Of a stretch of 64,000 nt of DNA, positions 1-9,229 are shown piece by piece. The notes beneath the pieces were generated by a model. That model ran no database searches. It saw only the letters and a list, made by a program, of their open reading frames with translations, and was not told the origin of the DNA. This stretch comes from Alkalispirochaeta sp. Its GTDB lineage: Bacteria > Spirochaetota > Spirochaetia > DSM-27196 > Alkalispirochaetaceae. The DNA lies in NCBI GenBank assembly GCA_965601925.1, contig OZ271854.1:4640001-4704000 (forward strand), given 5' to 3'. A program made the translations under genes and the position numbers. Within the stretch, counting starts at the first letter, position 1, and each line of letters opens with the position of its first letter.

Positions 1-806
1 TGCTCTTCTTTAGAGGTGCCGAGAATTCCCACAGCGACGGCAGGGTGCGTCAGGGCGTAACGGATGAGAAATGAGCGTCGGTCCTCTCCGTCCTCCGTAC
101 ACTCAGACAGACCGACTCGGGAGAACAACTCGTCAAAATCGGGACGATAGTCGCGCACCATACCGCGGATGACGACGGCGAGCCCCTTCTCGGCGGCGCC
201 GCGTATCGCCTCTTCGCTCGTCCTCGCCATCCCTCCGTAGACGATCTGTACCATATCAAAGACGCCCCACGTCTCGTACTCCCGAATACAGCGAAAGCCG
301 TGAGCCGTCGGATAGCCCTCCTCGGTTTTGGGACCGTGCCGGAGACTGGCGCCGATGTAGCGGACCTTTCCCTCGCGTTTCATCTCAAACATCGTCTGTA
401 CGACCTCACCCGCGACGCCCCCCTCCAGCTGGTCGGGCAGCGCGCCGTGGAGCTGCCACACATCGAGGTAATCGGTCTTGAGGAGTGAGAGACTCGATTC
501 GATATTCCGCCGTAGGGTGGCGGCGTCCCACGTGTGGACGTGCCTGCTCCCGGGCCGATCGAGGTGGGGATTGCACCCGCACTTGCTGGCGAGATAGAAC
601 TCGCCCCGCCGGCGGCGGAGCGCCTTGCCGATCTTCTCCTCGCTCGTCTTGTAGTCCGGAGAGGTGTCGATATAGTTGATACCCTCGTCAAGGACGCGGT
701 GCAATAAGCGCTCCGACTCTCTTTCGTCGATGCGCTTGAGCTCCATGGCGCCGAACCCCAACGGAGATACCCGCATATCGGTGCGGCCGAACTGTCTCTG
801 GGTCAT
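1..806 (-). CDS. Aldo/keto reductase family oxidoreductase (3' end runs off the window)
   Basis: Not in the ORF track because there is no stop in the window. Manual translation gives MTQRQFGRTDMRVSPLGFGAMEL...GINYIDTSPDY..SEEKIG...LASKCG...SLSLLKTDYLDVWQLH...IRYALTHPAV, which contains the AKR D-Y-K-H tetrad. RBS AAAGGA lies upstream. Confidence 0.92.
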   Translation of the reverse strand, partial: MTQRQFGRTDMRVSPLGFGAMELKRIDERESERLLHRVLDEGINYIDTSPDYKTSEEKIGKALRRRRGEFYLASKCGCNPHLDRPGSRHVHTWDAATLRRNIESSLSLLKTDYLDVWQLHGALPDQLEGGVAGEVVQTMFEMKREGKVRYIGASLRHGPKTEEGYPTAHGFRCIREYETWGVFDMVQIVYGGMARTSEEAIRGAAEKGLAVVIRGMVRDYRPDFDELFSRVGLSECTEDGEDRRSFLIRYALTHPAVAVGILGTSKEE

Positions 807-845
807 GAGTATATCCTTTGCTCTGGGTCATGAGTATATCCTTTG
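796..845. repeat. Perfect 2 x 25-bp tandem duplication CTCTGGGTCATGAGTATATCCTTTG, covering the AKR RBS and start codon
   Basis: 796-820 and 821-845 are identical. Confidence 0.97.
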
Positions 846-1003
846 ATTCGATGATGGGACGGTCGGCGGGGAATGTAAACTTCGAATTTCGCGTGTATCA
901 CGCGAAAATGCGCTGCCGTTAAAGGGTAGAAATATCCAATGATTGAAGTTTACGCACGCCATCGAGGCGATGCAAAATAGGGTACCCTCACGGGGCCGCG
1001 ACC

Positions 1004-2800
1004 ATGCATCGACGCGACGGTACCTTTCGCACCATCGTCCACTTTCTGCGCCGCCTCGCACCGTACCGCCTGCGCATTGCGGGCACGTACGGGATGATGG
1101 TCGCGGTGGCGGTCATTTCCCTGGCGATACCGCAGTTCATCCGCTGGATCGTCGACCGCGGCATACGGGGCGCGGACACGCGCGTCCTGGCCTCTTCGGT
1201 GGTCGCGCTCCTGGCGCTGGCGGCGGCGCGCGCCGTGGGTGTCTACCTACAGGGGCGATGGTCGGAGATCGCCTCCCAAGGGGTGGCCTACGATCTCCGG
1301 GAGGCGCTCCACCGCAAACTCTCGTCACTCTCTTTTGCGTACCACGACGGCGCCGACACCGGCCAGCTTCTGTCGCGCTCGATTCAAGACGTCGAACGTA
1401 TCCGTTTTCTCACCGGACGAGCGTTTCTCCGCGTGGTCGAGGGTACCGTGCTCGTCGTCGCGACGGCGATCGTACTCATCGTCATGGACGCGCGCCTCGC
1501 GACGGTCTCCTTGGCGATCCTTCCGATTCTCGGATATCAGTCCTACCGCTACGGGAGTCGCATCCGTCCACTCTCGATTACGATTCAGGAGCAACTCGGA
1601 GCGCTAACGAGTCGCGTGCAGCAAAATCTCGCCGGGATGAGGATCGTCAAGGCGTACGCCCTCGAGGAGTCGGAGATCAAACGGTTCGAGGCGGAAAACG
1701 AATCGTGGCTCGCCGTCTCGTACAAGGCGGCCAGTCTCGAGGCGGTGCAACACCCCCTTTTGCAGCTCCTCGCCAACCTCGGCACCGTCGCAGTGGTCCT
1801 CTTCGGAGGCTGGGCGGTCATACGAGGACGCTTGAGTATGGGTGAGTTCGTCGCCTTCAACACATATCTCGCACAGCTCGTTATGCCGGTGCGGAGGATC
1901 GGAAACGTGATTCCCGCCCTCAGCATCGCCGGCGTCGCCGGTGAACGCATCCTTGAGATTCTGGAGGCCGAGTCGGAGGTGAGCGAGCGTCCCGATGCAA
2001 TCGAGCTGACGACCGTCGACGGAGTCGTGAGCTTCCAGGAGGTATCCTTCTCCTACTTTGCCCGCCACGCCGTACTGCGGGATGTCACATTCACCGCGCG
2101 TCCCGGACAAGTCGTCGCGCTGGTCGGCGGCCCCGGGTCGGGTAAGTCGACGATCATCAATTTGATACCGCGCTTCTACGACCCCGATGCCGGATCGATC
2201 CTCATAGACGATTGCGATATTCGCGCATTCACCCTCACCTCTCTGAGACGTCATATCGGTATCGTTCTCCAGGAGACCTTCCTCTTCGCCGGCACGGTAC
2301 GGGAAAACATCGCCTTCGGGAGGCCCGAGGCGACCGCTGCGGATATCGAGGCGGCCGCTGCGGCGGCTCAGGCGGCGGAGTTCATCGAGCTCCTCCCCCG
2401 ACGGTACGATACGCCGGTCGGGGAGCGCGGAATTACCCTCTCGGGCGGACAAAAACAGCGTATCGCCATCGCTCGGGCGCTTCTCCTCGATCCCAAAGTC
2501 CTCATCCTCGACGACGCCACCTCCAGCGTCGACGCCGGCACGGAGCGACTCATCCGTCGAGCGTTGGAGACCCTCATGCGGGGACGGACCAGCTTCGTCA
2601 TCGCCCACCGTCTGGCGACGGTGGTGGGAGCCGATACAATCCTCGTGATGGAACGCGGTCGCGTCGTCGCCACGGGGAGACACGAGGAGCTCCTTCGCAC
2701 CTCCGGCGCGTATGTGGAGATCTTCCGGACGCAGTATCGCGACGACGGACCGGAACGCTCCGATCCGGTACACTCGGGCGGGGAGCGAATCGGTGAGTAG
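1004..2800 (+). CDS. ABC exporter, fused TMD+NBD (heterodimer subunit 1)
   Basis: Hydrophobic N-terminal half, Walker A GGPGSGKS, signature LSGGQKQR, degenerate Walker B ILDDATS. Confidence 0.93.
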   Translation: MHRRDGTFRTIVHFLRRLAPYRLRIAGTYGMMVAVAVISLAIPQFIRWIVDRGIRGADTRVLASSVVALLALAAARAVGVYLQGRWSEIASQGVAYDLREALHRKLSSLSFAYHDGADTGQLLSRSIQDVERIRFLTGRAFLRVVEGTVLVVATAIVLIVMDARLATVSLAILPILGYQSYRYGSRIRPLSITIQEQLGALTSRVQQNLAGMRIVKAYALEESEIKRFEAENESWLAVSYKAASLEAVQHPLLQLLANLGTVAVVLFGGWAVIRGRLSMGEFVAFNTYLAQLVMPVRRIGNVIPALSIAGVAGERILEILEAESEVSERPDAIELTTVDGVVSFQEVSFSYFARHAVLRDVTFTARPGQVVALVGGPGSGKSTIINLIPRFYDPDAGSILIDDCDIRAFTLTSLRRHIGIVLQETFLFAGTVRENIAFGRPEATAADIEAAAAAAQAAEFIELLPRRYDTPVGERGITLSGGQKQRIAIARALLLDPKVLILDDATSSVDAGTERLIRRALETLMRGRTSFVIAHRLATVVGADTILVMERGRVVATGRHEELLRTSGAYVEIFRTQYRDDGPERSDPVHSGGERIGE

Positions 2801-4610
2801 TGCGTTCGGTTTCGGCGGTGTGGGCGGCGGCCCCAAAGCGCTCATTAGACAGTTCGGCAAGGGAGACGATGACGGCTCGGTCGGTGTGAAGACGTTTGTG
2901 CGACTCCTTGCGTTCCTCGCACCGTACCGGCGCACCATGGCTTTGTCCGTGCTCTCGATGGCGGTCTCCACCGTCCTCACCATCGCGGTGCCGTGGTATC
3001 TCAAAATCGCCATCGACCGGCACATCGCCGGCGGCGACTTCTACGGTCTTCTCACCATTTCACTAATCATCGTGCTCCTTTTCGTGCTCATATTCGCCTT
3101 CGGCGCGCTTCAAGGGTACCTGCTCTCCCGCGTCGGCCACCGCCTCCTCTCCGATCTGCGCCGTATGCTCTTTACCCACCTCCAGGAGTTATCCTTGGGC
3201 TACCACACCACGCACATCGCCGGAGTGACCATTTCGCGCATTATCGGCGACGTGGCGGTGATTAAGGACCTTCTCTCTCAAGGGGTAGTGACGCTAATCG
3301 GCGATGTCTTTATCCTCAGCGGCGTCGTTACCATCATGTTGACCATGGACGTACGCCTCGCCCTTGCAAGCTTCACCGTGGTGCCGATCATGGTCGTGGT
3401 TACCCTCCTCTTCTCCCGGAGGGCCAAGCGGGCATTTCGGGAGACGCGACGCGGCGTGGCTGCGGTAGTCGGCGGCCTCGCGGAGAACATATCGGGGATG
3501 CGTATCATCCAGGCCTTCGGGCAAGAGGAGTCGATCCTCGACCGTTTCGGCTCGGCAAATCAACGCAACCGAGACGCCCATGTGGCGGCGATGTCGCTCT
3601 CCTTCACCTTTATCCCTTCGGTCGAGTTTCTGGGCGTGTGCGCGACGGCGATCGTCCTCGCGTACGGCGGCGTGGGCGTCATCGCCGGAAACCTCACACT
3701 CGGCGTTCTGGTGGCCTTCCTCTCCTATATTTCGCGCCTCTTTCAACCGCTCCAGGAGCTGGGCCAGCTCTTTGCCACATTGCAGGCCGCATTGGCCGGA
3801 GGACAACGGATCCTCGATTTTCTCGACATCGAGCCCGCGGTCGTCGACGCTCCGAACGCCGCGGAAGTCGGCCGGATACGGGGGACTATCGCGTTTCGAG
3901 GCGTCACCTTCTCCTACAACCCGGGAGAGCCGGTGCTCCACGATCTCACCTTCCGCCTCAACGCCGGAGAGACCGTCGCAATCGTCGGCAAGACCGGTTC
4001 CGGTAAGACGACGATCATCAACTTGGTTGCCCGCTTTTACGACGTCGACAGCGGGGCCGTGACGGTGGACGGCACGGACGTACGCGCCGTGACGCAACGA
4101 TCACTCCGCCGCAATCTGGGCCTCGTGAGTCAGGACCCCTTTCTCTTCCCCGGGACTATCGAAGAGAACATTCGCCTCTCCGACGTACACGGAGAGCGCG
4201 GACACGTCGAGGAGGCGGCGCGCGCCGCCGCGGCCCACGACTTCATCTCGACGCTCCCCGAGGGTTACCGGACCGTCGTGTTGGAAAACGGGAGCAATCT
4301 CTCCACGGGACAGAAACAACTCATTTCCATCGCCCGCGCGATCTACGCCGATCCGCGCGTCATCGTGCTCGACGAGGCGACCGCCAACGTCGATACGGTC
4401 ACGGAGCAGAAGATCCAACGCGGACTCGACCGCCTCTTCGCCGGACGCACGGCGGTGGTAGTGGCGCATCGCTTGAGCACCGTGCTGAGCGCCGACCGCA
4501 TCATCGTCCTCGCCGCGGGGCGTATGCTCGACTACGGTCCGCACCGGGAACTCCTCGACCGCTGCGACACGTACCGCATTATGTACGAGTCGCAGTTCGT
4601 GGAGCGCTGA
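2793..4610 (+). CDS. ABC exporter, fused TMD+NBD (heterodimer subunit 2)
   Basis: GTG at 2793 follows GGGGAG and overlaps the previous gene. Walker A GKTGSGKT, degenerate signature LSTGQKQ, canonical Walker B VLDEATA. Confidence 0.92.
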   Translation: MSSAFGFGGVGGGPKALIRQFGKGDDDGSVGVKTFVRLLAFLAPYRRTMALSVLSMAVSTVLTIAVPWYLKIAIDRHIAGGDFYGLLTISLIIVLLFVLIFAFGALQGYLLSRVGHRLLSDLRRMLFTHLQELSLGYHTTHIAGVTISRIIGDVAVIKDLLSQGVVTLIGDVFILSGVVTIMLTMDVRLALASFTVVPIMVVVTLLFSRRAKRAFRETRRGVAAVVGGLAENISGMRIIQAFGQEESILDRFGSANQRNRDAHVAAMSLSFTFIPSVEFLGVCATAIVLAYGGVGVIAGNLTLGVLVAFLSYISRLFQPLQELGQLFATLQAALAGGQRILDFLDIEPAVVDAPNAAEVGRIRGTIAFRGVTFSYNPGEPVLHDLTFRLNAGETVAIVGKTGSGKTTIINLVARFYDVDSGAVTVDGTDVRAVTQRSLRRNLGLVSQDPFLFPGTIEENIRLSDVHGERGHVEEAARAAAAHDFISTLPEGYRTVVLENGSNLSTGQKQLISIARAIYADPRVIVLDEATANVDTVTEQKIQRGLDRLFAGRTAVVVAHRLSTVLSADRIIVLAAGRMLDYGPHRELLDRCDTYRIMYESQFVER

Positions 4611-4908
4611 TAGATACCGCCTACCGAGTGGATCGCCGCTCCGTCCCTTTCGTTACGTGATTCTCAAGAACTGCGGCGTCAACGTCGTTTGGCATAAACC
4701 CGTAAGAGCATCCGCTATTGCCGAGGTGGAGAGTAACTGCGTGCCCGGGCGCAAATGCCGCTACCGTGCCGGCGTATCGGTCGGTATGGGACGATGCGCC
4801 GATCTCGCGATTCCGTCCCCGGCCCGTCGACATCAGTTTTGTAGAAAATCACACATTGTCGAGTTTACGCGACGCTGCGACGCCGCCAAAATAGACGAGA
4901 ACATCGAA

Positions 4909-5300
4909 ATGAGAAAAGGGCTACGTGGAAAAGAGTCCAGAATCGGCGGACGGTTGCGAATCGTACAGGTAAGTCTTCTCATGGCGGACACCGAAACGTG
5001 TCGATCCGCCGCGTATTGTGCGCCGACTCAAACGGGGACGGTAGGCCAATGCCGTCGTCTTCAACGCCCGCGGTGCATACGCGCAGCGTCCCACAGCAAT
5101 CCCGTTGCAACCCGCCGATCCATGTCTCGAGGCGGGCCGGGACCTGCTGGGTGAGACGATCGATGCGGCACGCGGCGAGGGCTTGCACTCCATCGCGCGT
5201 GTGGACCTCAGCAGTGCCGACGGCTCGCAGTAGTCGGTGGGTCTATGCGAGTCGGCCCGACGAGGAAGGGCGGACGTGGCTCGCGCGCCAGGAGAGCGTC
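4909..5300 (+). pseudogene. Decayed N-terminal fragment of a GHL6-like (putative glycoside hydrolase) gene
   Basis: Reads LRIVQVSLLMADT / frameshift / VDPPRIVRRLKRGR* (TAG 5042) ANAVVFNARGAYAQRPTAIPLQPADPCLEAGRDLLGETIDAARGEGLHSIARVDLS..* (TAG 5231). From memory this resembles the GHL6 pattern 'ANAVVFNAGG..A.YPT..P......L..RDLLGE...AAH..G..VIARVD.S'. Confidence 0.6.
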
Positions 5301-5380
5301 GGGCGCTACGGCTCCCGGCCGACCGCGACGTCCGGACGTCGGCAATGCAAACCTCCCCGGTGAAAGGCGGAAGAAACTGC

Positions 5381-6412
5381 ATGGATGAGCTATTGCGCCT
5401 CATTGGTGATGTGAGTTTCGTTCTATTGTGCGCCGTCCTCGTCGTCTCCCTCGTCGCGGTTCTCAAGGGCGCCGATTTTCTCGTCGACGGGGGTGTCGCT
5501 CTCTCGATCAATTGGGGCGTGCCCACGATGCTCATCGGGGCCACGATCGTCAGCCTGGGGACGACCCTCCCGGAGACGGTGGTAAGCGTCCTGGCCGCGT
5601 TGCGCGGAGCGCCGGGCCTCGCCTTGGGTAACGCCGTGGGATCGATCATCGCCAACGGCGGTCTCATTTTAGGTATCGCCACGATGATCCGTCCGATCCA
5701 CGTCGAGGCGAGTATGGTCGGCCGTCAGAACGCCGTCTCCTTCGGGAGCGCAATCCTGCTCGTTTTGCTGAGCGTCCCGTATCTCTCCCTCGAACAGATG
5801 TTTTCCGCCGGCGGGAGGCTTCCCCAAGGGGTGGGAATCGCCTTCGTCGTTTTGTTGGGTCTGTACATATGGCAAACGCTACGCCGGTCACGCTCCGCTC
5901 CCGGCGGTGAACCCGATGGAGATGCCCCTACGGTGGCCGGCGAGACGCGAAGTACCGTTGTCTCAATCGCCTACATTGCGGTGGGGCTCACGTTCGTCGT
6001 GGCCGGCTCATGGATACTGATACCGACCGTCGGCCAGATCGCCACACGCCTGGGTATTCCCGACGCGATCATCGCCGCCACCTTAGTCGCCTTCGGGACC
6101 TCCTTGCCGGAGCTCGCTACGGCGGTTACCGCGGCGCGTAAGGGACACGGCGAGCTCGCCTTAGGCAATGTGATCGGCGCAAACATTTTGAATGTGCTGT
6201 TCGTCAGTGGGGCGAGCGCAGCGGTAACGTCGGGCGGTCTCCACGTTCCACCGCCCTTCTTCTATCTTTTTTTTCCATCGATGATTTTTATCGTCTCGCT
6301 CCTGGGCCTCGGAGTGGTTCGTCACAAAGGAGCGCTGGGCCACAAATTCGGCGCGGTGCTACTCGGCGCCTACGTCTTGACCGTGGTGGCGGGTTACGTC
6401 GTGCCGAACTAA
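5381..6412 (+). CDS. Calcium/sodium antiporter (CaCA, YrbG-like)
   Basis: Two alpha repeats (GTTLPE...GNAVGSIIAN and GTSLPE...GNVIGANILN) and about 10 TM segments. Start placed at MDELL after GAAAGG. Confidence 0.9.
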   Translation: MDELLRLIGDVSFVLLCAVLVVSLVAVLKGADFLVDGGVALSINWGVPTMLIGATIVSLGTTLPETVVSVLAALRGAPGLALGNAVGSIIANGGLILGIATMIRPIHVEASMVGRQNAVSFGSAILLVLLSVPYLSLEQMFSAGGRLPQGVGIAFVVLLGLYIWQTLRRSRSAPGGEPDGDAPTVAGETRSTVVSIAYIAVGLTFVVAGSWILIPTVGQIATRLGIPDAIIAATLVAFGTSLPELATAVTAARKGHGELALGNVIGANILNVLFVSGASAAVTSGGLHVPPPFFYLFFPSMIFIVSLLGLGVVRHKGALGHKFGAVLLGAYVLTVVAGYVVPN

Positions 6413-6457
6413 ATCGTATCGACGGCGGATGAGACGCCGCCGTAGGAGGTATTGAAT

Positions 6458-7726
6458 ATGGACTTGATTGCCGGTGCCGAGGCGTTGTTGGAGGAGTTCA
6501 AAGATGGTCGCTATGTGTACGGCGCGGGAGTCCTCTCAAAAGCGGGAAGGGTCGCGAGACGCGCCGGGAAGCGCGCGGCGATCGTGAGAGGGACCTTTCC
6601 CGGAAGCGACGGGTACGTGGCGACGGTTCGTGAATCGATGGCCGAGGCGGGTGTCGAGATCATCGCGGAGATCAAAGGTGCGCGTCCCAACGCCCCCGTG
6701 GAGGACTTGACGCGCATTACCGATGAGCTCACGCTCGCCGATCCCGACGTTCTGGTAAGTTTCGGAGGCGGCAGCACCATAGACGCCGTAAAGGCGGCGG
6801 AGGTACTGAGAACCGCAGGCGGCACTATCGAAGACTATTTCGGCACCGCCCTGGTGACCGGAGCGATCGAGAAAGGATGCCCATCACTTACCCCCCACGT
6901 CGCCATTCAGACGGCGGCGAGTTCCGGCGCCCACTTGAGCAAGTATTCCAATATCACCGACGTCGCCACGGGGCAGAAAAAACTCATCGTCGACGAGGCG
7001 ATCGTACCGGAACATCCTATGTTCGACTTTTCGGTGACCTACGACGCCCCCCGAAGCTTGACGATGGACGGCGCATTAGACGGGATCTCCCATTGCCTGG
7101 AGGTGCTCTACGGTGCCGTCGGCACGGCGTCGTACGGCAAAATTCGAGAGGTTGCCTCCATCGGCATCAACCTGGTAGTCGAATACTTACCTCGGGCGAT
7201 CGCCGGGACGACCGACACCGCCGCCCGAGACGCCCTCTGCCTCGCCACCGATCTCGGCGGATACGCCATTATGCTCGGCGGAACCAACGGGGGGCACCTG
7301 ACCAGCTTCTCCCTCGTAGACGTGCTGAGCCACGGCCGGGCGTGCGCTATGATGAACCCGTACTACACGGTGTTCTTTGCGCCGGCGATCGAGGAGCCGT
7401 TACGCATGGTGGGTGACATCTATCGTACTGCGGGCTTCACCGACGCCGACATATCTACGCTATCCGGTAGGGATCTTGGTGTGGCGGTGGCGGAAGGGAT
7501 GTTCGAGTTCGCCCGACGAATCGGTTTTCCGACCCGTTTGGGAGAGGTGCCGGGATTCTCCGACGCCCACATCGAGCGAGCACTGTCGGCGGCAAAAAAC
7601 CCGCAGCTGGAGATGAAGCTTAAGAATATGCCGGTATCGCTGAACGCGGGAATGATCGATGAGTACATGTCACCCATTTTGACCGGGGCGCGTGACGGTA
7701 CCATAGAGATCATCAAAAACGTGTAA
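6458..7726 (+). CDS. Iron-containing alcohol dehydrogenase family protein
   Basis: GGGSTIDAVKA motif; metal ligands in DGISH, GHLTS and SHGRA; AGGAGG RBS at 6444. Confidence 0.88.
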   Translation: MDLIAGAEALLEEFKDGRYVYGAGVLSKAGRVARRAGKRAAIVRGTFPGSDGYVATVRESMAEAGVEIIAEIKGARPNAPVEDLTRITDELTLADPDVLVSFGGGSTIDAVKAAEVLRTAGGTIEDYFGTALVTGAIEKGCPSLTPHVAIQTAASSGAHLSKYSNITDVATGQKKLIVDEAIVPEHPMFDFSVTYDAPRSLTMDGALDGISHCLEVLYGAVGTASYGKIREVASIGINLVVEYLPRAIAGTTDTAARDALCLATDLGGYAIMLGGTNGGHLTSFSLVDVLSHGRACAMMNPYYTVFFAPAIEEPLRMVGDIYRTAGFTDADISTLSGRDLGVAVAEGMFEFARRIGFPTRLGEVPGFSDAHIERALSAAKNPQLEMKLKNMPVSLNAGMIDEYMSPILTGARDGTIEIIKNV

Positions 7727-7772
7727 ATCGGCGCCGGCCGGCGACGCGTGCCGGACGAGAGGAGAGACGAGC

Positions 7773-9065
7773 ATGACTACCAGGATAGCGTATGGGAAGA
7801 CGGGACTGGAGATCGCGCTACCCGACGACGCGGCCACAACGGTGGTCGAGCCGCGTTACATCCCGGGAGCCGAGGACCAACTCGGCGTGGTCCGAGACGC
7901 ACTCCGTTCGCCGATCCGATCGCGTCCCCTCGCGGATCTCGTTCGCCCAACGGACCGCGTCGGAATCATCTTCAGCGATATCACGCGCCCCACGCCGTAC
8001 CGCGTCATTATTCCGGCGCTCCTCGCGGAGCTATCCCACGTCCCGGACGAGCGTATCGTCCTGTTCAACGCGACCGGCACCCACCGCCTCAACACCGAGG
8101 AAGAGCTGGTGACGATTCTGGGTCGTGACGTCGTCGACCGCCTTCGCATCGTGCAAAACGACTGTCGAGACGCGGCGGCGCACCGAACCGCCGGCACCAC
8201 CGAGAGCGGAAACGAGGTATCGATTCTGCGGGAGTTCCTTGACTGCGACGTGAAGATTCCAACCGGTTTCATTGAGCCCCACTTCTTCGCCGGTATGTCC
8301 GGAGGCGGTAAGGCGATCATGCCGGGATTGGCGTCCCTCGAAACGGTCATGCGCAACCACAGCGCCGCGCACATGGACCATCCTGAGGTACGGTGGGGCG
8401 TTACCGAGGGCAATCCGCTGTGGGAAGAGGTAACGGAGGCGGCGCTCTTCGCGGAGCCGTCCTTTCTCCTCAATGTAGCGCTCAATCGGGACAAGGAGAT
8501 CACTGCGGTTTTCGCCGGAGACTTTTTAGCCGCCCATAGAGCGGGATGCGACTATGTGCGTCGTCATGCGATGGCGCGCGTCGACGGGCTGTTCGATATC
8601 GTCATAACGAGCAACTCCGGACACCCCTTGGATCTCAACATGTACCAGGCCGTCAAGGGGATGAGCGCCGCCGGCCAGATCGTCCGCGACGGGGGTCACC
8701 TCATCGTTGCCGCCGACTGTTGGGACGGCATTCCCGAACACGGGAAATACGGCAAGCTGTTGACGAGCGCGACAACGCCGGAGGATTTATTGAGAACGGT
8801 CCGTCGACCCGGATTCGCCTGCCAGGACATGTGGCAAGCCCAGACTCACGCGTTGATCTGTCAAAGGGCGACGGTACACTTCCACAGCGCGCACCTCACG
8901 GACGAGCAGATTAGGGACGCCTTCATGGAGCCGACGTCGGATATCGGCGAGACGGTACGCCACCTCGTCGCCGGTGGGGTCGGAAAACGGGTGTGCGTGG
9001 TTCCTCAGGGTCCCATGACCATACCGTATGTAGCCGCAACGACGTCCGCCGCCCCGGAGAGATGA
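7773..9065 (+). CDS. larA: Nickel-pincer-dependent lactate racemase (LarA) family epimerase
   Basis: Motifs SDITRPTP, ATGTHR, EPHFFAGMSGGGKAIMPG, NHS and YQAVKG. Confidence 0.88.
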   Translation: MTTRIAYGKTGLEIALPDDAATTVVEPRYIPGAEDQLGVVRDALRSPIRSRPLADLVRPTDRVGIIFSDITRPTPYRVIIPALLAELSHVPDERIVLFNATGTHRLNTEEELVTILGRDVVDRLRIVQNDCRDAAAHRTAGTTESGNEVSILREFLDCDVKIPTGFIEPHFFAGMSGGGKAIMPGLASLETVMRNHSAAHMDHPEVRWGVTEGNPLWEEVTEAALFAEPSFLLNVALNRDKEITAVFAGDFLAAHRAGCDYVRRHAMARVDGLFDIVITSNSGHPLDLNMYQAVKGMSAAGQIVRDGGHLIVAADCWDGIPEHGKYGKLLTSATTPEDLLRTVRRPGFACQDMWQAQTHALICQRATVHFHSAHLTDEQIRDAFMEPTSDIGETVRHLVAGGVGKRVCVVPQGPMTIPYVAATTSAAPER

Positions 9066-9229
9066 GCGTCCGGTGAGACGGTCACCTCCACGAACAGGTG
9101 TCACAGCCTTCTCACGCCGGCGATACGGCGAGGAGCGTCGTTCGACGACTCGATGCCGAGAGATATGTGTCGATATCAGTTCGGACTTACCGAACTCGAA
9201 GTGAGAAAGGCCCTTTATACCACGGCCCT

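Noticed and set aside
943..3025. Long alternative-frame and antisense ORFs (e.g. 943-1845, 1604-3025, and many more across the window)
   Set aside because: Arg/Pro/Ala-rich shadow ORFs expected at high GC; they overlap well-supported genes and show no motifs.
4657..5154. 165-aa ORF in the gap after the ABC exporter
   Set aside because: No family signal as a whole; only a short stretch belongs to the pseudogene relic.
9066..9229. Several short hairpins between the convergent larA and VOC genes
   Set aside because: Consistent with ordinary termination or stability structures; no recognisable ncRNA motif.
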